Of a stretch of 64,000 nt of DNA, positions 9,701-18,075 are shown piece by piece. Within the stretch, counting starts at the first letter, position 1. Each line of letters starts with the position of its first letter. The stretch comes from Verrucomicrobiota bacterium (GTDB lineage: Bacteria > Verrucomicrobiota > Kiritimatiellia > CAJWTS01), in the NCBI GenBank assembly GCA_027623315.1, contig JAQBYD010000006.1, forward strand, positions 27,209 to 91,208, read 5' to 3'. The notes beneath the pieces are model-generated. The model saw only the letters and a program-made list of their open reading frames with translations, was not told the DNA's origin and made no database searches. A program made the translations under genes and the position numbers.

Positions 9701-12700
9701 GCCCGGCCAGATCCTTTAACGCTACGGGGGGAGCCTGACCAACCGCCGCCATGCTGCCGCCGCCCAGAGTGTTTCGTAACACGAAATACGGCTCACCATC
9801 GGCGGTCGTGTGCCAATCGAGCAGTGCTCTTCCCGCATCGGTCGTTGACGTCCAATACGCAGGCTGCATCAGGTCCGCGCTCGCGCCGCTGATGACCAGA
9901 CCGCCGTCGTCCCGTGTGAGTGTCTCCGCAACGGCCTCGGCCTTTTCGTCGAGCGAGACAGCGCGGAAGGATCGCGTTGCGGGGCGAATATCTTCAGCCG
10001 CAATCTTGACGCGCGCGATGACCATGGAATTGAGGTAGGTCCAGATCCCGAGCGACCCGGACTGGAGCGGTTCATGGTCGTCCACGGCGAAAACGAGCTC
10101 GTTATCGAAGTAGTACTCGAGGCGCTCACCGACGCGGCGAAGCTTCACGTAGTACCAGGCTCCGTGCACGGGGCGTCCGTCGGCGACCAGGGGGGTCAAA
10201 CCGTGCCGTGTGCTTCCTTCGCGAACGCGCGGCACGAGGTACTTGTCGGATTCGGTGAAGGTCTTCCCGTTGCGGTACAGCCGGGTATAGAGCTGCGAGT
10301 GATCGAAATCCCATCCGCTGCAGGTGACCGTGTATCCCTGGCTGGGGGCACCCGACGCACTGTGTACGGTCAGGTTCAGATCGCCGGGGCGCGCGTACCA
10401 GCCGTGGCGAGTCCCGGCGTACATCTCCACGCAAAAATCGCCGCTAAACTGGTACTTCGACCAGAGCGACGCGACGCCGTCTCGGGATTGCCCGTTCATG
10501 TGCGACCAACGCGGGTCGCACTGGAAGCGATTGACGATCTCCCACCGCCCACCGTTGACCGTCCAATCGTGGAGCGACTCCGTGAACAGGTAGTCTTTCA
10601 CCTGGTACCGCTCCGCCAGTGTATGCACCAGTTGCTGGACGGTGAACCCGGCGATGCGCACGCGCCGTCCCTCCAGGACGTGCGGCAGGGCGTGGGAGAT
10701 CAGGACGTTGTCGCCGCTGCTGATCCATGTCCAGTAGCCCTCGTGATGAATCGAGTAGAGCTTCACCTTCCCGTCCGGCGCGACCAGGTTTGTGGTCGTC
10801 GTATCAGCGACGACGCGGAACCCGCCGTCTTTCGGATCGCGCACCGCCAGGCGTATGGCGTCGGCATCAGCGATTATGCGAATGGCACCGTTCGTCTCAC
10901 CTTCTTTGACACCGAGATGTATTTCCGAGCCGTCAACCAGGGGCATTTGGAGTTTGAAGCGTCCGAAGAAGTCGCCCTTATGCCACATGGTCTTATTCGT
11001 ATGGGTGAACCATTCACCTTCGGGCGATGACCAGTGACGCATGAACTTGTCGTCCGCGAAAATGCGGTTCTTCTCATATTGGTTGTGGTGAAGGTCGTCC
11101 CGGTGAAAGTCGTATCGCACATCCCGGACCTGGGCGGCGCTATTGGGGCCGACGTAGATACCCGATGCGCCGCGCGGCTCCTCGGTGGGATGGTGGATCA
11201 GGACGAGGGTGTCGTTGTCGTACATGCGCATCTCTCGCGGATTGCCGGCGTCGATCATCAGGGAGCGCCACATGTCGCGGACGCGCGATTGCCCGCCGGG
11301 CTGCGTGAATTCCGTGATCACTTCGGGCTCCGAGTGGTTCACGCGCTCCAGCTTGTAGACAACGCGGTCCGGTTCCTGGCGGCGCGTGAAGCGGTAGTAG
11401 GGCTTGTCCGCAGCCGTATACCCCGCAAGAAGCCCGATATGGCTCTCGGCTTGATGGGGCTGGAAGTGAGCCGAGAAGATATGCGCGGCGTCGGCCGGCG
11501 AACCGACGACGATCCATTGCTCGGAGCTGCTGGACCCGACCTTCAGCGCGTCCCACTCGCGCCGCGGGATAAATAGCCCGGATAAGGGCCCGCGTGGAAA
11601 GATGCGCCCCTCTTCGGCGATGGTGTGGTAGCGCAGTTCGTGGATGTCGCCGAGGTCCAGGCCGTGATTGCTCGCGGCGTCAACATCGTCGAAGCGAGTT
11701 CCGGCGTCACCGTGGGCATACAGTCCCAGCAGCCCGCCGTCGGGTAACTCGTGCCGAATATCGAAGACCTTGACGTTGTCCAGGTAGCACTCGATGCGGT
11801 TGAAGTAGGTCTTCACGCCTAGCTTTACCCATTGCTCACGGCCGACATCGGTGTCGGCCACCGCCAACACGGTGGGGGTTCCTTCGTCGTCGGGAGAGGC
11901 CTTCTTCAGCCGCAGCCGGCTTTCGCCTCCGCCGCGAAGGGGTTCGGCCGTGAATGCAAAGTAGTCGTTCGAGCCACGATGCAGGAACACCAGCCCGGCC
12001 TCGATGGGCATAATTTGCATGGATGCTTCGTAGGTGAAGGCGTCGTAGAAGGTGTGGCCGGTCGTGATCACGGCGTTGGTTCCGGACCCGTGCAGGCTGT
12101 AGAAGTTCGGGCTGTGCTCCGCCTTGAGGCCCGTTCCCCCCTCCAGTTTGTCCTGCACCGTGATGTGATCGAGGACGGTGTGAAGTCGCCACGTACCCGA
12201 CTCGATCTCCCATGCGTCGAGCTGATTCTCGTCGCCCTCGGGGACCAGGAAGTCGTCGTGAAAGACAAAGTCTTCGATTTTCTGGTACCGCGCGTCGGTC
12301 TCTCCCGATGTCGGGAACTGGTCGGCAGGCATCGAGAGGCTGCCGGGTGGGACGAAAGGAGATGGAAACGCCGCGACCGGCCGGCCCTGCAGATAGATGG
12401 CCCACATTTCGTTGCGGATCTTCAGAACCACCTCTGCGTCCTCGATCGATTCCGTCGGCAGAGCGTTCAGATGAAAGCGACTTCCGGCTTGCAGGGCGCG
12501 GGGGAAAGCGGATGCCGGGACGGGGGTTATGGTCCCGCGAGTTCGCTCAAGTCGCACGAGAATGGCGGCTTCTCGATCACCCTGCGCGATTCGCAGGCTC
12601 AGCCCGGCGTCCGGGTTCCACCGTGCCCGGAAAGAAAGGTTTCCGGTGGGAGTGTCGAATCCCAGCACGTCCGTAGATTCCGCATCGGCATAGGCCAACT

Positions 12701-12761
12701 GTGCCGCTGCCATCAGCAGCACGAAACCCCTTGTCAAAATAGAGAATTTGGATCGTCCCAT
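6765..12761 (-). CDS. Giant secreted protein (~1998 aa) with repeated concanavalin-A-like lectin/LamG/DUF1080-like beta-sandwich segments
   Basis: The track ORF runs 6765..13463, but its first 234 aa are low-complexity read-through. A convincing start is the ATG at 12761-12759, giving MGRSKFSILTRGFVLLMAAAQLAYA, a signal peptide. Internal segments such as DWTVNGGRWEI...GDFCVEMYAG...SGSLGIWTYLNSMVIARVKI resemble DUF1080/LamG folds. The domain call rests on motif resemblance only. Confidence 0.6.
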   Translation of the reverse strand: MGRSKFSILTRGFVLLMAAAQLAYADAESTDVLGFDTPTGNLSFRARWNPDAGLSLRIAQGDREAAILVRLERTRGTITPVPASAFPRALQAGSRFHLNALPTESIEDAEVVLKIRNEMWAIYLQGRPVAAFPSPFVPPGSLSMPADQFPTSGETDARYQKIEDFVFHDDFLVPEGDENQLDAWEIESGTWRLHTVLDHITVQDKLEGGTGLKAEHSPNFYSLHGSGTNAVITTGHTFYDAFTYEASMQIMPIEAGLVFLHRGSNDYFAFTAEPLRGGGESRLRLKKASPDDEGTPTVLAVADTDVGREQWVKLGVKTYFNRIECYLDNVKVFDIRHELPDGGLLGLYAHGDAGTRFDDVDAASNHGLDLGDIHELRYHTIAEEGRIFPRGPLSGLFIPRREWDALKVGSSSSEQWIVVGSPADAAHIFSAHFQPHQAESHIGLLAGYTAADKPYYRFTRRQEPDRVVYKLERVNHSEPEVITEFTQPGGQSRVRDMWRSLMIDAGNPREMRMYDNDTLVLIHHPTEEPRGASGIYVGPNSAAQVRDVRYDFHRDDLHHNQYEKNRIFADDKFMRHWSSPEGEWFTHTNKTMWHKGDFFGRFKLQMPLVDGSEIHLGVKEGETNGAIRIIADADAIRLAVRDPKDGGFRVVADTTTTNLVAPDGKVKLYSIHHEGYWTWISSGDNVLISHALPHVLEGRRVRIAGFTVQQLVHTLAERYQVKDYLFTESLHDWTVNGGRWEIVNRFQCDPRWSHMNGQSRDGVASLWSKYQFSGDFCVEMYAGTRHGWYARPGDLNLTVHSASGAPSQGYTVTCSGWDFDHSQLYTRLYRNGKTFTESDKYLVPRVREGSTRHGLTPLVADGRPVHGAWYYVKLRRVGERLEYYFDNELVFAVDDHEPLQSGSLGIWTYLNSMVIARVKIAAEDIRPATRSFRAVSLDEKAEAVAETLTRDDGGLVISGASADLMQPAYWTSTTDAGRALLDWHTTADGEPYFVLRNTLGGGSMAAVGQAPPVALKDLAGLEFDVKRTPGAQFNFHLDVGTLSPSNRFVVARRYFHHLSGSENPDKTFAAAGSSPVDPVSMSGDRWHQNEDWQRVKVWLPELELRQDERAGLVVQIAGFGNLQPSFVAQGLHGNGPSAAYAVKGLREVRYVPPAFEIAKSGTATAPFKTTPEAGGPSHEFKTLEKLNTWTVAQTYPALQHHRLEYASSNGLHRVPIAWIHLPESLAVSAAWSTNRTGTILIQHDGDYPDPRFIMGTLALAKVPVPLVRGPGFSRMATIPRGSPFTDAESPILEGTFKAGQRPYAIKLQWSERPLPERPELTELANESLLFINFEADTPPQGLAITPPRITLQHDDPLQGRALRVRNFGAAHRLAAGINRKINLARFPIFQFRYRAPRLGRVSLALGTYVVHLSEDKTGQVVGDSLTLDDQWHTWHGPVSRAALDPKFDHEHYLMPSVNFGSKHAVDQSGLYTRWEIDDLVFGPAVREAAQLAMTPNYSDPDGIASVSIAVLPGATPAADLDASAIAALPWRAIPNADQATPDLAGLEDGRHHILFRAADTKGTSSSVTDIPFLLDREPPRRNYRFDEASKAYSNDGQIAIHFFQGSGAPLDYSTVKARWNEDVLSFPLERSTFAHSPDKDTLGISWAYCFRQPLRASTDGVTNWMVLSDIRDGAGNPVEDLRVPFASDYSKDKMPPTLLSIAYPSNILWSAGYENTAILKSTFEPGIKGATVSLIRTNGPIPFARFSAAEAMTNAWVTQAFAKPNIWRAGEHPLIAMRLRRPSVAEDDETNIEMTFTMGKDLNYTVHLSGPTPRKGALALDHPVTWKAGQWQPVIVDLKKLLESQAEEDEFEELMNNIVAAKEKDEAEPIELLLKRPITSLSLHQASTNKISPLDIESFFVMREWKETDEVTLDAYDASGVAGVRWWVANETDSLSVAPAQAQVAPAKGSWISVEVRDKAGNASPPFRLPLPGGTVPGLRPDASETASIKAAPDKQGG

Positions 12762-13104
12762 CGGTTGCCCTGAACCTGCTCCGCGAGCATGATGTGTTCC
12801 ATGATTACGCATTATACAAGACTTCCGCGCCCGAATCGCGCTCGCCGTGGGGCCGGTAGCCAAGACTTCACGCTTAGACTCGCCTATAACATCCGAAAAG
12901 CCAAGTGTTTTGGGATAAAAGCGAGCTTCGATCGCCCTGTCCCGGCCGCCTGGATCGCCGTTCAAGCCCCATTTCGGGCTCAACTTTCTTTCGACTGGGG
13001 CCAGCGCGGACCCCGCCCGGCCCGTGCATGCGTCCCCCGGTACCCATTCCACGAGCAGATGCGATTTCTTGTATGCATTTGTAACCTTGCGGTCCCCATG
13101 GACG

Positions 13105-13482
13105 ATGTACCGTATAGAGGCCGCCGTAGTGCCGCTCAAGGTGAGAATCGTGAAGCAGATTCTCGAGCAAGAGTATGATGAGGCGGCGGTGCGTGCTGCC
13201 AGCGAGGAGATTGCAGACCAGATCCAGACGGCTGCTTTGACGCTCTCGACGGCCGTCGGTGAGGTGCGAGACGTCCTCACGGACGAACAGATCGCCAAGC
13301 TGGAGACGATGAAGAAGAAAGCGATCGCCCGGCACGAGCAGCGCTTGGGCGCCATGGTCGAGATCATCGATACGTTGAAGGATGGATCCCGCTCCGTTAC
13401 GATGCAGCATTGGGCCGGCGTGGAACGCATCCGCGTCCGGCCTGTCTGCTGGAATGAATGCATCCGAGGATATCACCGATGA
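13105..13482 (+). CDS. Small LTXXQ-motif (Spy/CpxP-like) protein, no obvious signal peptide
   Basis: In frame with track ORF 13024..13482. ATG at 13105 gives MYRIEAAVVPLKVRIVKQ...LTDEQIAKLETMKKK. The start is uncertain and the ORF overlaps the sigma-factor start by 29 nt. Confidence 0.4.
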   Translation: MYRIEAAVVPLKVRIVKQILEQEYDEAAVRAASEEIADQIQTAALTLSTAVGEVRDVLTDEQIAKLETMKKKAIARHEQRLGAMVEIIDTLKDGSRSVTMQHWAGVERIRVRPVCWNECIRGYHR

Positions 13483-14041
13483 CTGGGCTGTCATTCAGCG
13501 CGTGCGGGATGGTGACGTCGATTCGTTCGAGGAGCTTGTGACCGCCTACCAGGAACTCGTGTTCGGAATCGTGGCCCGGCGCGTTGCCGGCCCGGACGTG
13601 GAGAGCGTGGCGCAGGACATCTTCGTCTCCGCGTTTCAATCGTTAAAGGCCTATCATCCACGTGAACCTTTTCGCCGATGGCTCAGCACGATCGCGGTCC
13701 GTCGTTGCGTTGATCACTGGCGCAAGAAGGGTCGGATCCGGGAGATGACGGGGTCCGAGTTGAGCCCGGCGCAGTCCGATTGGCTCGAGCAGGCGGCTTC
13801 GTCGCTTTCACGCGACGAGTTCGAGAAGGCCCTGGTGCACGAAGAGGCGGCGGAAGTACTTGACCTCGCGCTACGCAGGATGGATCCTGAAGGGAGAGCG
13901 CTGATCGAACTGGTTTACTTCGAGGATCAACCGATGAAGGACGTGGCACGCTTCCTGGATATCAGCGTCTCGAACGCGAAGGTTAGATCTCATCGCGCGC
14001 GCCAGAAGTTGCGCAAGATTGTCGAGGACATGCTATCGTGA
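13454..14041 (+). CDS. ECF-type RNA polymerase sigma-70 factor (sigma-24 family)
   Basis: Start revised to ATG 13454 (MNASEDITDDWAVIQRVRDGDVDSFEELV...). Region 2 (YxxLVFGIVARRV, DIFVSAF) and region 4 (YFEDQPMKDVARFLDISVSNAKVRSHRARQKLR, an HTH) are recognisable. Confidence 0.85.
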   Translation: MNASEDITDDWAVIQRVRDGDVDSFEELVTAYQELVFGIVARRVAGPDVESVAQDIFVSAFQSLKAYHPREPFRRWLSTIAVRRCVDHWRKKGRIREMTGSELSPAQSDWLEQAASSLSRDEFEKALVHEEAAEVLDLALRRMDPEGRALIELVYFEDQPMKDVARFLDISVSNAKVRSHRARQKLRKIVEDMLS

Positions 14042-14343
14042 GTGACCGCGCAAAACAGACGGAAAAGGCGCTCAAGGAGGCCTATCTTCGCCGGGAGAGT
14101 CCGGTGCTGCCCGAGGACTTCTCGAGCCGCGTGATGGCGGCCGTACACGACCAGCATCGGCAGTCCCAAGTCGTTGATTTTCCCGCCGGTGATGGAGGGC
14201 TGTGGATGTTCGCCCGTTTCGCCGCGGCCGCGGCCACCATGGCGATCGTGTTCGGTTACTCACAATACGCGTATGGAGATTTGCTCCCGTCAATTTGGTC
14301 GTCGGACATGATTGGTCTGACGTCCATGATGTCGGGGTTCTGA
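14038..14343 (+). CDS. Putative anti-sigma factor (small, single C-terminal TM segment)
   Basis: 101 aa. ATGA overlap with the ECF sigma gene. Hydrophobic stretch MFARFAAAAATMAIVFGY. Position and size are typical of cognate anti-sigma factors. No sequence motif support. Confidence 0.5.
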   Translation: MSDRAKQTEKALKEAYLRRESPVLPEDFSSRVMAAVHDQHRQSQVVDFPAGDGGLWMFARFAAAAATMAIVFGYSQYAYGDLLPSIWSSDMIGLTSMMSGF

Positions 14344-14344
14344 T

Positions 14345-14713
14345 ATGAAGAACATGCGAACGTGGCTAGGTCTTCTGCTGATCTTTTTCAGCGGGGTTGT
14401 CATCGGAGGTGTCGGTGGCATGGCCATGACCGGAAAGATGATCCGGTCGAGGTTACATGGCGATCCAGGAATCATTCAGAAGCACGCCGTGCGGCGACTC
14501 GGCCGCACACTTGACCTGAACGAGGAGCAGCGAGCGGCCGCACAGCAAATCGTGGGCAATGCCGTCCAGCAGGCGCATGACCTGCATCGCGAGGTTAAAC
14601 CGCGCTTCAAGAAGATTGTCTCCGGAGCTGTAACCAATTTGCACGAGCACCTCACGCCCGAGCAACGGGTGAAGCTGGATGAGATGCACGAACACTGGCA
14701 AGGACGGCACTGA
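14345..14713 (+). CDS. Periplasmic LTXXQ-motif protein (Spy/CpxP/ZraP family)
   Basis: 122 aa. N-terminal signal/anchor MKNMRTWLGLLLIFFSGVVIGGVGG. Two LTXXQ-type motifs (LNEEQRAAAQQI, LTPEQRVKLDEM). Starts 1 nt after the anti-sigma stop. Confidence 0.7.
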   Translation: MKNMRTWLGLLLIFFSGVVIGGVGGMAMTGKMIRSRLHGDPGIIQKHAVRRLGRTLDLNEEQRAAAQQIVGNAVQQAHDLHREVKPRFKKIVSGAVTNLHEHLTPEQRVKLDEMHEHWQGRH

Positions 14714-15152
14714 CGGTTATTGGTTGTTGGTGTGTCGCCTTGAAATGGGTTGTCCCCCTATGCCGGGGCGAGAACTATCTGATACGATGGCATACGAGCA
14801 AGAGCTTACTGAACTGGAAGAACACGTGGCTACGGCAAAGAGTTTCGTGGCCAAGCTGCCGAAGAAATAGCGTGCAACGCTTTGGAGTGCGGCGACCCGG
14901 CGCCGCTCTGGCACGGCTCGCGTGGATCGCGCCGGAGGAAATACACGCCATCGCTTAGGCATGACGCTGAAGCGTTCGTGGTGGCACCCGCGCAATACGC
15001 AGAGCGGCGCCAGGTCGCCGCACTCCAGGGAGTCGCTGGCGCGGCTCGCACTTGATCCGACGCCACCCGGACCCATTCCACGACCGGCTGCCGATTGTAA
15101 TATCCCGCCGACCCCGACTTCTTTACGATGTCCACAATCAAAGGAGGTTGAA

Positions 15153-15707
15153 ATGACGAAGTGCCCGGTCTGCAAGAGACAAGGAATGACTAGAGTGGCG
15201 ACTGGTGATGGACTGTCCGTGCTCGCGTGCGATGCGTGTGGCGGCCAGTGGCTGTCGCGCAAAGATTACGAAGCGTGGCTCTCCGCCCACGGGGAGACCT
15301 TGCCGGAGAAGGCGTACTCCGAGGTGAAATTCGATATCGAGGACGTCCACGATGCAAAGGTCTGTCCAGACTGTTCGCGCTTTCTCCTGAAGTATCGCGT
15401 GGGTCACGGCCTGGACTTCTATGTGGACCACTGCGGGTCGTGCGGCGGTGTTTGGCTCGACAAGCATGAGTGGAACGCGCTGAAGGATAAGAATCTTCAT
15501 GACGAGATTCATCGCGTATTCTCGACGCACTGGCAGGCCGACGTGCGGAAGGAGCAGATGAGCGACTGTCTTGACAGCGTATACCGTTCCCGCTTTGGCG
15601 AGAAGGACTACGAGATGGCCCGCCAGGTACGTAGCTGGATTCAGGCGAGCGAAGATCGTGACGCACTCATCCGGTTTCTGGCGGATGACGATCCGTACGC
15701 GGTCTAG
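15153..15707 (+). CDS. Tandem zinc-ribbon (zf-TFIIB-like) domain protein
   Basis: Start revised to ATG 15153, preceded by AAAGGAGG 8 nt upstream. Two repeats of CPxC...CxxCGGxWL (CPVCK..CDACGGQWL and CPDCS..CGSCGGVWLD). Confidence 0.7.
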   Translation: MTKCPVCKRQGMTRVATGDGLSVLACDACGGQWLSRKDYEAWLSAHGETLPEKAYSEVKFDIEDVHDAKVCPDCSRFLLKYRVGHGLDFYVDHCGSCGGVWLDKHEWNALKDKNLHDEIHRVFSTHWQADVRKEQMSDCLDSVYRSRFGEKDYEMARQVRSWIQASEDRDALIRFLADDDPYAV

Positions 15708-15727
15708 AGCTCGAAATCCGATTAGAT

Positions 15728-16282
15728 ATGAGACTTCTTTTCATAGCGACGTACATCGTGGCGATGGGCATCAGTATCGTCGGCTATTCGATGTCGCCCG
15801 AGCACGTGGCGACACACTTTGGGATCGGAGGTCAGCCGGACGGCTGGATGTCGAAGGAGGTCAGCCTCGGCTTCTTTCTTGTGCTGAAGACAATGCTCTT
15901 TCTCCTGATGTGGTTTACGCCTGTGCTCGTAACGAGAATTCCGTCGCGCTGGGTGAATCTTCCCAACAAGGACTATTGGCTCACGGAGTCCAGGATGCCG
16001 CAGACGAAAGCGAAAATGGACCGGTCGATGTCGGAGTTCGGCGCGGCCATCATGGTGTTCTTCATCTTCGTGGAGCTCGTCGTGCTTGAGGCTAATCTGT
16101 TCGATCCTGCGCAGCTTGACGAAAGGATCTTTCTGACGGCCATGGGTCTCTACCTGGCCTATGTCGTGGTGTGGACCGTGCGACTCTATCGCGGATTTCG
16201 GAAGCCGGCCGGGGCCTGGCCGCCGGTTGGATCTCCTGCGACGAAGGGGCGATCGACAATGGGGCCCGACGAAGGGATTTGA
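15728..16282 (+). CDS. DUF1648 (SdpI/YhfL-like) integral membrane protein
   Basis: 184 aa, 4 predicted TM helices. HFGIGGQPDGWMSK resembles the DUF1648 signature. Confidence 0.55.
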   Translation: MRLLFIATYIVAMGISIVGYSMSPEHVATHFGIGGQPDGWMSKEVSLGFFLVLKTMLFLLMWFTPVLVTRIPSRWVNLPNKDYWLTESRMPQTKAKMDRSMSEFGAAIMVFFIFVELVVLEANLFDPAQLDERIFLTAMGLYLAYVVVWTVRLYRGFRKPAGAWPPVGSPATKGRSTMGPDEGI

Positions 16283-16395
16283 TTTAGGTCCCGGAGAAGC
16301 CTTAAGCTGTGTCGATTTCAGGACCGGGCACGGTCCGCTCCGTTGAACCATCGGAAGACGCTATGCACAGTCCATCCGAAATCGCGGCCGCGTGA

Positions 16396-16941
16396 ATGAC
16401 GCGCCAGCCGGAAACGCATCGCTCTCGAGTCGGAATCTCGAGCTGCCTGCTGGGTAACTCCGTGCGATACGACGGCGGCCACAAGCGGGACGCCTGTTGC
16501 ACGGATGTACTCTCAGACCACTTCGAGTGGGTTTCGGTGTGTCCCGAGGTCGAAATCGGGATGGGCACGCCGCGCGAAGCCGTGCGCCTCGTGGGCGGCC
16601 CTGCCCAGCCGCGAATGATCGGTAGCGAGACGGGACACGACTGGACGGATGAGATGATCCAGTACGCCCGGATGCGGGTGCAGGAGCTCGTGCGGCTGGA
16701 TCTCGATGGATACGTGCTCAAGAGTAAATCGCCAAGTTGCGGCATGCAGCGGGTCGCCATCGACTGGGGAGAGGGTGCGCCACCGGGGGCGGGGGCAGGA
16801 CTCTTCGCGCGTGAGCTGATGGCCGCCTGCCCGGATCTGCCGGTGGTGGAAGAGACCTTCTTGCGGGATCCGAAGCGGCGGGAGAGCTTCGTGGCGCAGG
16901 TGGCTTCTCGCCGTCTCCGGCGGACGCAGAGCGGCGCTTGA
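16396..16941 (+). CDS. DUF523 (YbbK/TudS-like, 2-thiouracil desulfurase family) protein
   Basis: 181 aa. ISSCLLGNSVRYDGGHK...CPEVEIGMGTPRE...SPSCGM is a Cys pattern typical of DUF523 Fe-S proteins. Confidence 0.65.
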   Translation: MTRQPETHRSRVGISSCLLGNSVRYDGGHKRDACCTDVLSDHFEWVSVCPEVEIGMGTPREAVRLVGGPAQPRMIGSETGHDWTDEMIQYARMRVQELVRLDLDGYVLKSKSPSCGMQRVAIDWGEGAPPGAGAGLFARELMAACPDLPVVEETFLRDPKRRESFVAQVASRRLRRTQSGA

Positions 16942-17160
16942 GAGGCGAGCCCTGCGTGGATGTTTCAATCTCCACCGAAGCTCACGAGATATCCGGGCTA
17001 AGAGCGGACCGGCTGAAGCCGGAACTACAAACCTTACGATTCGCTCGAGGACCAGTTCGTAGTTCCGCAACGAGTTCGGACGTGTCTCCGGACTGCAGAT
17101 CGAAGACTGGACGGTGAGTTGAAACTGCGTGAGTTTCTTGAGTGACTTTGCTGGAACAAG

Positions 17161-17189
17161 GGTAGAGGCGGCGAGACGCCGCTTCTACC
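17161..17189. terminator. GC-rich hairpin between convergent genes (possible bidirectional terminator)
   Basis: ggtagaggcggcg-aga-cgccgcttctacc, a 13-bp stem with one G-U pair, between the DUF523 gene (+, ends 16941) and the esterase gene (-, ends 17185). Weak U-tract only. Confidence 0.3.
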
Positions 17190-18051
17190 GGCACTGTTCA
17201 TCCACATACGCGCGCATGCGCTCGATGATATCGATGTCCAGGGCGTGCGTCCCGCCCGGGAGGATTGAGCCCGTATGCGGCACTTCATGCTTCTCGAGAA
17301 AATCGAGGAAGACCTGCGTGGCCTCCTTCTCGACGAGCGTGTCGGCGGCGTGATGCAGGATCACGGGTGCGATCTTGTGCTGCTTCATGGATTCCGCGAC
17401 AGCCTCCGTTCGAAATTCCTCAGGATAGTGGCCGGCGTACGCGAAATAGGAACGCACCAGAGATGGATGATGCACCGCCACCTTGTGCGCCCAGGCGGCG
17501 CCCTGCGAATGCCCAACGACGACAACCTTGCGGTCGTCGGTCCGATAGCGCTTCGTAACGTCCCGAATGCAGTCGGCGATCCAGTCCGAGTGAAGTCGCT
17601 CCAGGTCGATGTCGCCAAGGTGCTCGAGGGGATAGTCCGCGCCGGTAAAGTCACCCCAGGCTTCCGGGTAGGTGGGCCAGGCGGTCCATCCCGGTTCGCC
17701 GCGGCGCATAAAGACGCCTTCGTGCGGGTACGCCGCTCGCGGCGCGATGTAGATGACGCCGTCGCGACCGAGGGGGTCCGATAGGCTGCCATGTCCCGTT
17801 TCGGTGGATCCGTGGCCATGCAGAATGACGCAGACGGGATAGCGTTTGTCGCGCGCTTCCGCATGCGTGTAGTCCGGTGGAAGGTACACGGCGTAGAAGC
17901 CCAGCTTCTTTTGCACGAGGCCGTGGTGCAGCGGAGGTGCCGATGGCGCGCGCGCGACCGGTTCCGCGGCGCTCCGCGGGGCAAGCTCGGCAGCAGCGTT
18001 CGACGTGATCAGGATAGCCGCGAGAAGGGGGATGTACGTGCGTGTGTTCAA
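17185..18051 (-). CDS. Secreted alpha/beta-hydrolase fold esterase (phospholipase/carboxylesterase family)
   Basis: 288 aa. Signal peptide MNTRTYIPLLAAILITSNAAA, nucleophile elbow VVGHSQGAAWA (GxSxG), ILHGHGS oxyanion region. Confidence 0.75.
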   Translation of the reverse strand: MNTRTYIPLLAAILITSNAAAELAPRSAAEPVARAPSAPPLHHGLVQKKLGFYAVYLPPDYTHAEARDKRYPVCVILHGHGSTETGHGSLSDPLGRDGVIYIAPRAAYPHEGVFMRRGEPGWTAWPTYPEAWGDFTGADYPLEHLGDIDLERLHSDWIADCIRDVTKRYRTDDRKVVVVGHSQGAAWAHKVAVHHPSLVRSYFAYAGHYPEEFRTEAVAESMKQHKIAPVILHHAADTLVEKEATQVFLDFLEKHEVPHTGSILPGGTHALDIDIIERMRAYVDEQCR

Positions 18052-18075
18052 TGATTTCGATTTTCCGTTGGTTCT

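Noticed and set aside
7213-12773. Numerous 200-300-aa ORFs on both strands inside 6765-12761 (e.g. 7959..8777, 10074..11030, 11832..12773, 7213..7908)
   Set aside because: They overlap the giant minus-strand gene, whose reading frame shows consistent protein-like composition. The alternatives are Arg/Pro-rich low-complexity translations.
12762-13463. N-terminal 234 codons of track ORF 6765..13463
   Set aside because: Cys/Ser/Arg-rich read-through of the intergenic region and antisense of the LTXXQ gene. The real start is ATG 12761 with a signal peptide.
14787-14870. 27-aa acidic peptide ORF (MAYEQELTELEEHVATAKSFVAKLPKK) in the 440-nt gap before the zinc-ribbon gene
   Set aside because: No RBS and too short to support. 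Could be a leader peptide, but there is no evidence.
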